A stretch of DNA of 26,819 nucleotides from Malacoraja senta (lineage: Eukaryota), in the NCBI GenBank assembly GCA_038087875.1, contig JAXLNO010000188.1, forward strand, positions 62,001-88,819. The letters run 5' to 3'. The notes below the pieces were generated by a model, which was not told where the DNA came from, did no database searches, and saw only the letters and a program-made list of their open reading frames with translations. A program made the translations under genes and the position numbers. Numbering within the stretch: the first letter of the stretch is position 1; each line of letters starts with the position of its first letter. Of the stretch, positions 10,612 through 20,939 are shown one piece after another.

Positions 10612-10960
10612 GAGTCATGGAGTCAGAGAGTGATACAGTGTGGAAACAGGCCCTTCATCCCAACTTGCCTACACCAGCCAACATGTCCCGGCTACACTAG
10701 TCCCTCCTGCCTGCGTTTGGCCCATATCCCTCCAAACCTGCCCTAGCCATGTACCTGTCTAGCTGATTAAGAAACTGTTTCTTAAACATTGGGATAGTCC
10801 CAGCCTCAACTACCTCCTCTGACAGCTCGTTCCATATACCCACCACCCTTTGTGTGAAAAAGTTACCCCTCGTATTCCTATTAAATCTTTCCTCTGGTCC
10901 TCAATTCACCTACTCTGGGCAAGAGACGCTGTGCATCTACCTGATCTATTCCTCTCCTCC
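10612..10960 (-). mobile_element. CR1-type LINE 3' end
   Basis: TTTTTCACACAAAGGGTGGT (FFTQRVV) motif and tail on the minus strand. Confidence 0.8.
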
Positions 10961-11278
10961 CAGTGCATCACAAAAAGGTTACTTTGGAAATAGACAAGCA
11001 GGAAAAAAAGCTGCTTTACTTAAATAAAAACCGTCCAGGGAAAATACTGGTTCCATGTAACTTCCCTGCAGTAATCAGACACCATTGTCTCTTAAGATCA
11101 CAATCTGTCAGTTTCACCACATGTGGCTGTTAAAATTGAAAAGCAATCACTTGTATTGTCTCTTGTTGACACTCTGTTAAACATTGTAATATGTAGCCTT
11201 CAGTGCTTTTAATTAAAAAAAAGTGTGTGTGATAGCTCGCCTGTGTCAGCCTACTACCCACCACACTCTGGGTCCATT

Positions 11279-11555
11279 TTTAGTTGTAGTTTTAGTGATA
11301 CATTGTGGAAACAAGACCTTCGCTCCACCGAGTCCACACCGACCATTGATCACCCACACACTGTTCCATGTTATCCCACTTTTACACCCTGCACACTAGG
11401 GGCAATTTACAGAGGGCCAATTAAGCTACAAACCTGCACGTCTTTGGAATGTGGGAGGAAACCGGAGCACCCGGAGAAAACCCACGTGGTCACAGGGAGA
11501 ACGTACAAACTCCGTATAGACAGCACCCGAGGTCAGGATCGAACCCGGGTCTCTG
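11279..11555 (-). mobile_element. V-SINE, 5'-truncated
   Basis: B-box, V-domain and tail present; A-box missing. Confidence 0.8.
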
Positions 11556-12124
11556 AAAAGGAGCAACTCTCCCTCTTTTCCAGCTTTATACTCCCCCCTC
11601 CCTGCAATCAGTCTGAAGTAGGGTCTCGACCCGAAACGCCACCTATCCATGTTCCCCAAGGGTGCTGCCTGACCTGCTGAGTTACTCCAGCACTATGTGT
11701 CCTTTTGCATAAAAATAATCTTTTTCCTGTTGAAAGGATCTTTACTTTTGTTGATCCTGTGGGAACAATAGCTTTGTTACTGTGAGTCTGAATCTCTCTC
11801 ACTCCGAACCCCTTTTCCCCAGTTGTTTTTATAACAATTTTCTATAATGCGAAGCCAACTATCATATTTTGGCAGAAACTGCCTCTGAGTGTCGTTCTTG
11901 TGCAGTCGATCTTACTGCAACATACTACATCCTATAATTCTATATCGGCTCCAATTGAACTCAATTCCAGAGAATCTAGCTCTACACAGAGAAGGCGGGA
12001 ACATTTTAGTCAAAGTTTCAAATTGCACTCAGGTTTCGGCCCATAAGACTGTTATTTTAACATTTACCCCCAAAAAACATGAACAAGCCTCGTGAAATTG
12101 TTTGGAAACAAAATTTACCAAACA

Positions 12125-12430
12125 GGGCGGAACAGTGGCATAGTAATAGAGCTGCTCCCTCACATCGCCAGAAACCCGCATTCAATCCTGACCTCGGGTG
12201 CTGCCTTTACGGAGTTTGCACGTTCTCTCTGTGACCGCGTGGGTTGTCTCCGGGTGCTCCGGTTTCCTCCCGCGTCTCAAAGACGCGCAGGTTTGTAGGT
12301 TAATTGGCTTCTGTAAATTGCCCCTAGTGTGTAGGATGTGAAAGTGGGATAAATGGAACTAGCGGTCGGCGTGGACTCGGAGTGCCGAAGGGCTTGTTTC
12401 CACGCTGTATCTCTAAAACTAAAACTACAA
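12125..12430 (+). mobile_element. V-SINE (HE1-like)
   Basis: Head, V-domain and tail. Confidence 0.8.
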
Positions 12431-12787
12431 CAAAAAATTGACCCAGAGCCACACAAAGAGATGGAAAGGCAGTGGACAAAAGTAGGGTCAAAATGTTGGC
12501 TTTTAAGGCCATTTAATCAATGATATTTTTTTCTCAGCATCAATTACCGCAGCCTCCTCTTCTGTCCATGATAGACTATTTCAACTCATCCCCAGCTCAT
12601 TTCCTATATTACCAACCTCAGTAAGCACTGTTCAAAACTCTGCTGCCTTACACTAACTGGGGCCTCTTCCTGGTAATCCATCAGCCCTACTAGTTAAGGG
12701 ATACTTCGTATTAAATCCAAATTTTCTGTTCCTATTCTTGCGTGGTCATTCCCACTTCAATCCCTGGGATACCACAGACCCTCTCTT

Positions 12788-13079
12788 TTGTTTAGTTTAA
12801 AGATACGGCGCGGAAACAGGCCCTTCGGCAGCGACCAGCGATCCCCGCACATGAACACTGTCCGACACACACTAGGGATAGTTTGTTTACATTTATACCA
12901 AGCCAATTAAACCTGTGCGTCTTTGGAGTGTGGGAGGAAACGGAAGATCTTGGAGAAAACCCACGGGGAGAACATACAGACTCCATACAGACAGCACCCG
13001 TAGTCAGGATTGAACCCGGGCCTCTGGCACTGTAAGCGCTGTAAAGCAGCAACTCTACCGCTGCGCTACCGTGACGCCC
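12788..13079 (-). mobile_element. V-SINE (HE1-like)
   Basis: Head, V-domain and (AAACT)n tail on the minus strand. Confidence 0.85.
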
Positions 13080-13482
13080 TTGATCTCTGCCCCTGTTTCC
13101 TCCACTTTCTCCAAGATGTAAATCTCTTTTTGTCTCGGTGATGGGGCGAGAACTATGATGGCAATGATGGAAGTGTCAGTGAAACATAGAAACATACATA
13201 GGTGCAGGAGTGGGTCATTCGGCCCTTCGAGCCAGCACCGCCATTCAATATGATTATGGCTAATCATCCAAAATCAGTGCCCCGTTCCGGCTTTCTCCCC
13301 ATATCCCCTGATTCCACTGGAGTGGCGGGATATCTGAAATTGTTCAATTCAATGTTGAGTCGGGAAGTCTGTACAATGCCAAATCAGAAGGCAATGTGCT
13401 TCTTCTCGAGCTAGTGTTTAGTTTAGTTTAAAGATATCAGCCGTTACTACCAACGCAAAATTGATCGATTGAAAGACCCATC

Positions 13483-13785
13483 TTGGAAACAGGCGCTTCA
13501 CCACACCCAGTCCAGGCCCACCATCGATCACCCGCTCATGCTAGTTCTATGTTATCCCACTTTCTCATCCCATCTCTACACACCAGGGGCAATTTACTGA
13601 GGCCAATTAACCTACAAACCTACATGTCTTTGGGATGTGGGAGGAAACCGGAGCACCCGGAGGAAACCCACGTCATCACTGGGAGAACTTGCAAACTCCA
13701 CACAGACACGCGTGTGGGATTGTAGATTAATTGGGCTCTGTAAAATTGCCCCAGCGTGTAGTGGATGAGAAAGTGGGGATAACAT
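13483..13785. mobile_element. V-SINE (-) fused to an inverted partial copy (+)
   Basis: 13549-13620 is the approximate reverse complement of 13715-13785. Confidence 0.7.
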
Positions 13786-13949
13786 TTTAATCTCAGGTTT
13801 GTCTATTATTGTCACGTGTACAGAGGTATAGTGAAAAGCTTTTCTGTTGCATGCTATCCAGGCAGTGAAAGGATTATACATGATTACAATCAAGCTGTCC
13901 ACAGTGTACAGATACAGGATAAAATGAATAGCATTTAGTGCAATATTAT

Positions 13950-14306
13950 CCCCAGCTGTATGAACATTGACTTCTCTGACTTCAAGTAACCCTTGCTCCC
14001 TCTCTCTATCCCTCCCCTTCCCAGTTCTCCAACCAGTCTTACTGTCTCCGACTACATTTTATCTCTGTTTGCTTTGAACAGAGATTTAAAAAACAGCTAA
14101 CTCCCAGCTAACAATGATCTATTCTACATTTTACTTGATCGGCATTCCCTTTGTCCTATTTTCACAGCTAACACTTCCTTATCTATGTATCTCCCTCTTC
14201 CCTGACATCAGTCTGAAGAAGGGTCTCGACCCGAAACGTCACCCATTCCTTCTCCCCAGGGATGCTGACTGTCCTGCTGAGTTACTCCAGCATTTTGTGT
14301 CTATCT
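13950..14306 (+). mobile_element. Penelope-like 3' fragment
   Basis: ATGAACATTGACTTCTCTGACTTCAAGTAA (MNIDFSDFK*), then UTR, hammerhead and terminal sequence. Confidence 0.8.
14213..14240 (+). ncRNA. Minimal type I hammerhead ribozyme motif in a Penelope-like 3' terminus
   Basis: CUGAAGA-A-GGGUC-UC-GACCC-GAAA-C-GUC, with a palindromic ACGU helix III typical of dimeric PLE hammerheads. Helix I is weak. Confidence 0.65.
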
Positions 14307-14791
14307 CAGTGCAATTTAAAATCCAGTAAAAGTCTGATTAAAGATCGGATATAGAACCAATGTGAACCAGCGGTCAATAGATGACGAGGACTCAGTGGGG
14401 CCTGTTTCCATGCTGCATCTCTAAAACTACAGCTGACAATGGTCTCGACCCGAAACGTCACATATCCATGTTCTCCAGAGATGCTGCTTGGCCCGCTGGG
14501 TTACTCCGGCACTTTTGTTCCTTCAATGCATTAACCAGCGGCAGCAGTTCTTGGTTTCTATTCAACTGAACCATTGCCCTGCAAATCGGGATATTTAATT
14601 CTCTTGAGAATCAGATTAGGTGAACTGTAAATAGGGTAGTGTGGGAATTACAGATACAGAAGATAGACACGAAGTGCTGGAGTAACTCAGCGGGTCAGGC
14701 AGCATCTCTGGGGGGGGAAGAAGGATGGGTGCCGTTTCGGGTCGGGACCCTTCTTCAGACAAGTGGAACAGGTTTGGAAAGATAAACTTAC

Positions 14792-14920
14792 CACTGGACC
14801 GGCCAATCGGAAAAGTTCCTTCACTTCTGTCCAGAAGTTGAGGGGTATCAAACTTCTGATTTTCCTCAGCAATGGTGTTTGGACAACTTCGTTGAAGGCT
14901 CCTAGCCCCGGGGTGTTCAT
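14792..14920 (-). CDS. SLC47A1: MATE1/SLC47A-like transporter (downstream paralogue), coding exon 1
   Basis: ATG with A at -3 (GGGAAGATGA). Encodes MNTPGLGAFNEVVQTPLLRKIRSLIPLNFWTEVKELFRLAGPV, matching the MATE1 N-terminal 'F.EE...L..LAGP' motif. Ends at a phase-0 GTAAGT donor. Exact paralogue identity is uncertain. Confidence 0.88.
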
Positions 14921-15235
14921 CTTCCCAGGTCTCCGGTAGCGGGAGAAGTAACAACAGGCTTGTTGTCAATTGCTTATCAACTCCAGATCCAGTTGCTGCT
15001 TTTAAATGCTGGCGTCCGGGCTTCCAACGCAGACTGGGTGACACGGACAGGCCCTTATACTGAAGGGCTCCGATTGCTCAACGCCACTGGGACTATCGCC
15101 ATGGGTCATTACGATGCGAGGTCGAAGCTCCGGCTCATCCACCGTCATTGGGTGGGGGTGAGCAGCAAGGGCTTGTATCTGTATGACTCAGATGTCCAAA
15201 GCCTTCTGATTGAATGCATGTAGCTACCAGATACC
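14921..15235 (-). promoter_or_regulatory. Candidate 5' UTR / proximal promoter of the downstream SLC47A gene
   Basis: Repeat-free segment with several CpGs immediately upstream of the ATG. TATAA on the minus strand near 15055-15059 and an AP-1 motif TGACTCA at 15184-15190. The TSS cannot be determined from sequence. Confidence 0.35.
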
Positions 15236-15911
15236 TGCTTCGAAGATGTCGTGTGTGGGAAGGAACTGCAGATGCTGGTTTAAACCGACGACAAACACAA
15301 AGTAGGGACAGGAGCATCTCCGGAGAAAATGAATAGGCGACGTTTGGGTCGGGTCTGAACGTCTCCTATTCCCTTTTCTCCAGAGAAGCTGCCTGACCTG
15401 TTGAGTTACTCCAGCACTTTGTGTCTATTCTAGATGTGTGGTTTATGAAATATGTTGTCACATTTAATTTCTCAGCGATGGTTCAATATTGAGAATATTA
15501 ATTCCTGATTCTAATTTCAACAGGTTTCTCCGTATCGCCCTCTTGTTTTACAGAAGTCACCCCCCCCACCCCCCACTGTGTAGGAAGGAACTGCAGATGC
15601 TGGTTTATATCAGATAAGACACAAGGTGCTGGAGTAACTCAGCGGGTCAGGCAGCATCTCTGGAGAGAAGGAACGGGGGACCCTTCTTCAGACATTGAAT
15701 TCTCCAAATTTAATTAACACTTCCCCCACCAACACTTTCCTCCCCTCCTACACCACATTTTCCCCCTCTTCCACCCCTCACCCATTCCCCTGACCCCTTC
15801 TACCCATATTCCACATCTGGCGTCGCATTCACTCATCTTCCCTCCTTATCCAACACCGTTTTGTCTCCTTTTCATCTCTAGCCTTTGTCCCTTGCTGCCA
15901 ATCATCACCTA

Positions 15912-16590
15912 TATCATAAGGTCATAAGTGCTAGCAGTAGAATTAGGCCATTCGGCCCATCAAATCTACTCCACCATTCAATCATGGTTGATCTATCTCT
16001 CCGTCCTAATCCCATTCTCCTGCCTTCTCCCCATAACCTCTGACACCTGTACTAATCAAGAATCTATCTATCTATCTCTGCCTTAAAAATATCCACTGAC
16101 TTGGCCTCCACAGCCTTTTGTGGCAAAACCCCCCACAGATTCATCACCCTCTGACTAAAAAAATGTCTCCTCATCTCCTTCCTAAAAGAACGTCCTTTAA
16201 TTTTGAGGCTATGACCTCTCGTCCCACTCTCCCCACTAGTGGAAACATCCTCTCCACATCCACTCTATCCAAGCCTTTCACTGTTCTGTATTTCTAAACT
16301 CCAATGAGTACAGGCCCAGTGGTGCAGACAAACGCTCATCATAGGTTAACCTACTCATTCCTGGGATCGGTCTTGTAAACCCCCTCTGGACCCTCTCCAG
16401 AGCCAGCACTCCTTTCCTCAGATTTGGTGCCAAAAATTGCTCACAATATTCCAAATGTGGTCTTTCCAGCACCTTATAATGCCTTATAACATCCCTGTTT
16501 TTGTATACAAGCCCTCTTGAAATAAATGCTAGCATTGATTTGCTTTCTTTGCTACTGATTCGACTTGCAGATTAACTTTCCTGTACCAGC
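15912..16590 (-). mobile_element. CR1-type LINE 3' portion
   Basis: Translates MLAFISRGLVYKNRDV..YKVLERPHLEYCEQFLAPNLRKGVLALERVQRGFTR, followed by the 3' UTR. Confidence 0.9.
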
Positions 16591-17004
16591 ACCCCCACCT
16601 ATCACTTGCCAGGCTTTGACCCATCCCCACCTCTCTCTTCCAGCCTTATTCCCCGCCCCCCTACTTCAATTAGTCTGAAAATGGTTCAGACCTGAAACAT
16701 CCCCTGGCCATTCCCTCCACAGACGCTGCCTGACCCGCTGAGTTCCTCCAATTTGTTTTGTATATACTGTTCGTCTTTGGGACATGGGAGGAAACCGGAG
16801 CACCCGGAGGAAACCCACATGCAAACGTCACACACAGACAGCACCAGAGGTCAGCATCGAACCCGGGTCTCTGGCGTTGTGAGGCAGCAGCTCTACCCGC
16901 TGTAACTCTGCGCCTCCAATACATTGGAAGCCATTGGTCTACCACTGAAGGAGCTGTGTAATGGGGCTCCATCACATTGTATTCACGAGAAAATACATGA
17001 ACAT

Positions 17005-17270
17005 GGCAGCATGGTGGCGCAGTGGCGGAGCTACTGCCTTACAGCGCTAGAGACCCGGGTTCGATCCTGACTATGGGTGCTGTCTGTACGGAGTCTGTAT
17101 GTTCTCCCCGTGACTTGCGTGGGTTTTCTCAGAGACCCTCGGTTTCCTGCCACACTCCAAAGATGTACAAGATTGTAGGTTAATTTTGGCTTGGTGTATA
17201 ATGTAAAATTGTCCCTAGTGTGTTTGGGCCGAAGGGCCTGTTTCCGCATTGTATCTCTAAACTAAACTAA
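17005..17270 (+). mobile_element. V-SINE (HE1-like)
   Basis: Head, V-domain and tail. A partial minus copy lies at about 16770-16905. Confidence 0.85.
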
Positions 17271-17469
17271 GATGCAACAGCCTGGTATTAATTTATTGTT
17301 ACATTTCATCACATCTTCGTGAAAGGACTCATGACATTGTCACAGATTCTTATTGAGAAGCTGAGAAATGATTTACCCATTTAGTTTGCTGTGGGGTATC
17401 AGTGTGGGTTTTCACCCAAATCCCACTCTGGTCAGCCCAGGAGCTAAAATACACTTTCTCAACAGTTTC

Positions 17470-17720
17470 GGGATACAGTGTGGAAACAGGCCCTTCGGCC
17501 CACCGAGTTCACGCTGACCATCGATCACCCTATACACGAGTTCTTTCCTACCCAAAAGGGGCAATTTACAGAAGCCAATTAACCTACAAACCTGCAGAAA
17601 ACCTACACGGTCACAGAGAGAATGTACAAACTCTGTACAGGCAGCACCCATAGTCAGGATCGAACCCAGCTCTCTGCCTCTGTAAGGCAGTGACTCTACT
17701 GCTGCCCCACCGTGCTGCCC
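17470..17720 (-). mobile_element. V-SINE (HE1-like)
   Basis: Reverse-complement copy with an internal deletion. Confidence 0.8.
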
Positions 17721-18046
17721 ATCTCCAGCCTTGGATTGAAGTCCAGATCACTCCGGCAACAGGACAATTCCAAGGTTGAACCACCATTGCAAGACATTTT
17801 TATTTATATAGCATAGTGGCACAGCTGGTAGAGCAGCATCTGTGGAGGCAAAGGGATGGTCGAGGGTGGGGGTGGGGGGGAATTGCAAAGATTGGGGGTT
17901 CAGGCAGGTAAAGGCAAGGTCACCTGTGCAGAGGTGATCATGTCACCCGGGATTTGAAAAACAGATTGCAAGAGGACTATAACACTGGCGGCAATTACAG
18001 AAAAAAAAGGTTAGATTCTGTAGGGATGAAAACAAAGGCTGAGAAT

Positions 18047-18136
18047 CCAAACATAGACTGGGCGATCGTTTCGCTGAACACCTTCGCTCAGTCCGCCTGA
18101 ACCTACCTGATCTCCAGGTTGCTAAACACTTTAATT
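18047..18136 (+). mobile_element. Penelope-like element, GIY-YIG endonuclease fragment (5' part)
   Basis: 18049-18135 translates KHRLGDRFAEHLRSVRLNLPDLQVAKHFN, the 'R...RF.EH' segment of PLE GIY-YIG domains. Confidence 0.8.
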
Positions 18137-18177
18137 TAGATCAGCCATGTACTTAATGAGTGGTGGGTCAGTGTGAT

Positions 18178-18377
18178 TAGGGTTGCCAACTTTCTCACTC
18201 CCAAATAAGGGGCAAAATGGTGGGTGTAGACGGGGCATGTATGGAACAATAAGGGATGTTGAGTACTTACAGAGTAGTAGCAGTCAAATACAGGACAAGG
18301 GAGGTCCCGTATGGGACAAACCAATTTAGCCCAATATATGCGATGTCCCGGCTAATACGGGACAGTTGGCAATCCTA
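18178..18377. mobile_element. hAT (Blackjack-like) MITE (200 bp)
   Basis: TIR TAGGGTTGCCAAC/GTTGGCAATCCTA with subterminal GGGACA/GTCCC motifs. No clean TSD. Confidence 0.65.
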
Positions 18378-18833
18378 GTCTTGAAAAAAATAAGGGCCAA
18401 ATCCTATGCTTATTTATTAATATGGTCGGATAAAAACCTCAAACAAGTCAACTAAATTAATAGAGTAACTCAGCGGGACAGGCAACAACTCTAGAGGCTC
18501 TGCAACTTTTAGTCTGAAGAAGGGTCTCGACCAGAAACGTCACCCATTCCTTCTCACCAGAGATGCTGCCTGTTCTGCTGAGTTACTCCAGCTTTTTGTC
18601 CCGACGGGCCGCGCCTGGGGACTGGGAACGTGGCCAGAGGCCTTTATCGAGGCGCTGCGGTCTCGATGCCTTCCGGATCGCCGCGTAGAAGCCGGGGTCG
18701 GGCAGAACAGCCGACTGGGCCTGCAGCTGGGGCCCGGGTTGGCACCGCCATGGAGGCGTGAAGTGGGGCCTTGGTGGTGGTGAAACCTGGCGACGATGGG
18801 GTCTCGGTGGTGGTGAAGCCCCTACTGCTGCAA

Positions 18834-19248
18834 ATTCGCTGGAATTTAGAAGGTTGAGAGGCTGTCTTACAGAAACATGTATAATTATTAGGGGATTTGA
18901 CAGGCTACATGCAGGGAAAATGTTCCCGATGTTGGGGGGAGTCCAGAACCAGCTGTCACAGTTTAAGAATAAGGGGTCGGCCATTTAGGACTGAGATGAG
19001 AAAAAAAGGTTTTCACCCAGAGAGTTGTGAATCTGTGGAATTCTCTGCCACAAAAGGCAGTGGAGGCCGATTCACTGGATGTGTTCAAGAGAGAGTTAGA
19101 TTTAGCTCTTAGGGCTAAGGGAATCAAGGGATATGGGGAGAAAGTAGGAACGGGGTACTGATTTTGGATGATCAGCCTTGATCATATTGAATGGCGATGC
19201 TGAAGGGCCGAATGGCTTATTCTTGCACCAATTTTCTATGTTTCTATG
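18834..19248 (+). mobile_element. CR1-type LINE 3' end
   Basis: Translates SLEFRRLRGCLTETCIIIRGFDRL, with a (TTTCTATG)n tail. Confidence 0.88.
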
Positions 19249-19489
19249 AAGCCTCGCGGTGGTCGATGAGAGCGTGGAGGAGCCGTGAGGGGGAGGGGAA
19301 GAACAATGGAGGACCCGGCTTTGGGGAACTGTTGGGGGGGGGGGTCGGGAAGAGAAAGAAAGGAGGGGATGGTGTGCTTTGTAACTCTCAGCATCGTAGG
19401 CAGCTGCTATTTGTATACATTGTGTATGCAAGCAAAGAATCTCACTGTGCCTAGTCACATGTGACAATAAAGTATTCCTATTCCTAATC

Positions 19490-19912
19490 ATCCTTCCACT
19501 TTTCTGCACAGACCTTTCTGTCCTGGGCCTCCTCCATTGTCAGAGTGAGGCTAAATGTAAATTGGAGGAACAGCACCTCATATTTTGTTTGGGCCGCTTA
19601 CAGCCCAGTGGTATGAATATTGACTTCTCTAACTTTAAGTAACCCCGGCATTCCCTCTCTCTATCCATCCCCCACCCTGGTCACACCAGCTTCTCGTTCT
19701 CACCCAACAAACATCTAACAATGGCCTGTTTCCTTGAACCTCGTAACTTTTTTGCATATCTTTCATTCGTTGTTCTTTATCTCTCTACATCACCGTCGAT
19801 AGCGCTCGTTTCCCTTCCCGTGACTTTCAGACTGAAGACGTCTCGACCCGAAACATCACCCATTCCTTCTCTCCAGAGATGCTGGAGTTACTCCAGCTTT
19901 TTGTGTCTATCT
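19490..19912 (+). mobile_element. Penelope-like element, GIY-YIG C-terminus, 3' UTR and degenerate hammerhead terminus
   Basis: 19511-19642 translates DLSVLGLLHCQSEAKCKLEEQHLIFCLGRLQPSGMNIDFSNFK*. It is followed by a pyrimidine-rich UTR and CTGAAGA..CGAAACATC-ACCCATTCC. Confidence 0.85.
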
Positions 19913-20144
19913 GAGAATTTTAATATCGGTCTCCCTTATTTATCATATCACCTGTACTGAGATGCAGTAAAAATATGTTTTATGAGCCGCCTACGCAAAA
20001 AATAGTAGAAAGTGTCATGTTATAGCAAAAACAAATAGAGTTCAGAAAATAGTGTTACAGCTGCAGGGGAAGTGCAGATATTTTTTTTTAAAGTGCAAGA
20101 GCCACTCAAGGGAGATTGGGAGATCATGAATTTGTCCTTCATTT

Positions 20145-20392
20145 GGACATAGTGACACAGCTGGTAGAACTGCTGCTTCACAGTGCCAGAGATCCTGGTT
20201 CAATCCCGACCTCATGGCTTACCTGTGTGGAGTTTGCATGTTCTCCCGGTTTCCTCCCACATCCCATCGATGTGCTGGTTTGTAGATTAATTGGTTTATG
20301 TAAATTGCCCCTAGTGTGTAGGGAGTGGATGAGAAAGTGGGATAACCGGATTCAGTGGTCCAAAGGGCCTGTTTCCATGCTGTATCTTTCAA
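20145..20392 (+). mobile_element. V-SINE (HE1-like), diverged
   Basis: TGTGTGGAGTTTGCATGTTCTCCC V-domain and tail. Confidence 0.8.
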
Positions 20393-20608
20393 TCTTCATG
20401 TCCAATACCAGGAAAGGAGCTGTTTTTGAACCCAATGTTAGGTGCTTTCAAGCTGTTGTACCTTCTGCCACCAGGAGAGGGGGATAGAAAGAACCACTGG
20501 GGCAGGAATGATCCTTGATTAAGGTGTTTAAGAAAGATCTGTAGATACTGGAAAAATCGAAGATAGGCAAAAATGCTGGAGAAACTCAGTGGGTGAGGCA
20601 GCATCTAT

Positions 20609-20746
20609 CTTCCTCTTGCGTATGGCGTGCACAGCCTAAAGTTGTGGGACAACTCGTTCTATTTGATCTTATTTGATTGTGCACGCCAGGTTGATTGCAT
20701 TCGTTGAAACAGGGCGGACCACGTGAAGGGTCCAATCTCCCACGCC
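20609..20746 (-). mobile_element. 138-bp non-autonomous retroposon with 5' HDV-like ribozyme (possibly Vingi/Ingi-derived)
   Basis: Flanked by a perfect 11-bp TSD GCAGCATCTAT (20598-20608 and 20747-20757). 3' end reads CCATACGCAAGAGGAAG (AAG-type tail). Splits a Penelope terminal repeat. Confidence 0.8.
20693..20746 (-). ncRNA. Minimal HDV/CPEB3-like self-cleaving ribozyme motif
   Basis: Reads GGCGUGG-GA-GAUUGGA-CCC-UUCACGU-GGU-CCGCCCU-GUUUCAA-CGAA-UGCAAUC, i.e. P1, P2, P3, L3, P3', P1', minimal P4, J4/2 and P2'. It has the G1·U wobble, an L3 identical to that of the CPEB3 ribozyme, and the catalytic C at 20703. This copy has a few mismatches. Confidence 0.7.
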
Positions 20747-20939
20747 GCAGCATCTATGGAGCGAAGGAATAAGCAACTTTTCGGGCCGAGACCCTTCTTT
20801 AGACTCAGTTGGCTGCTTTCACCAGCTGTGTGGAGTGTAGATGGAGTCGATGAGCTTCATATTGGGTCACTGCTAATCGAGAACTACGGATGGTGGGATA
20901 GTGATAGTCAGGACTTGGGCAGTGGACATTTGGATGAGT

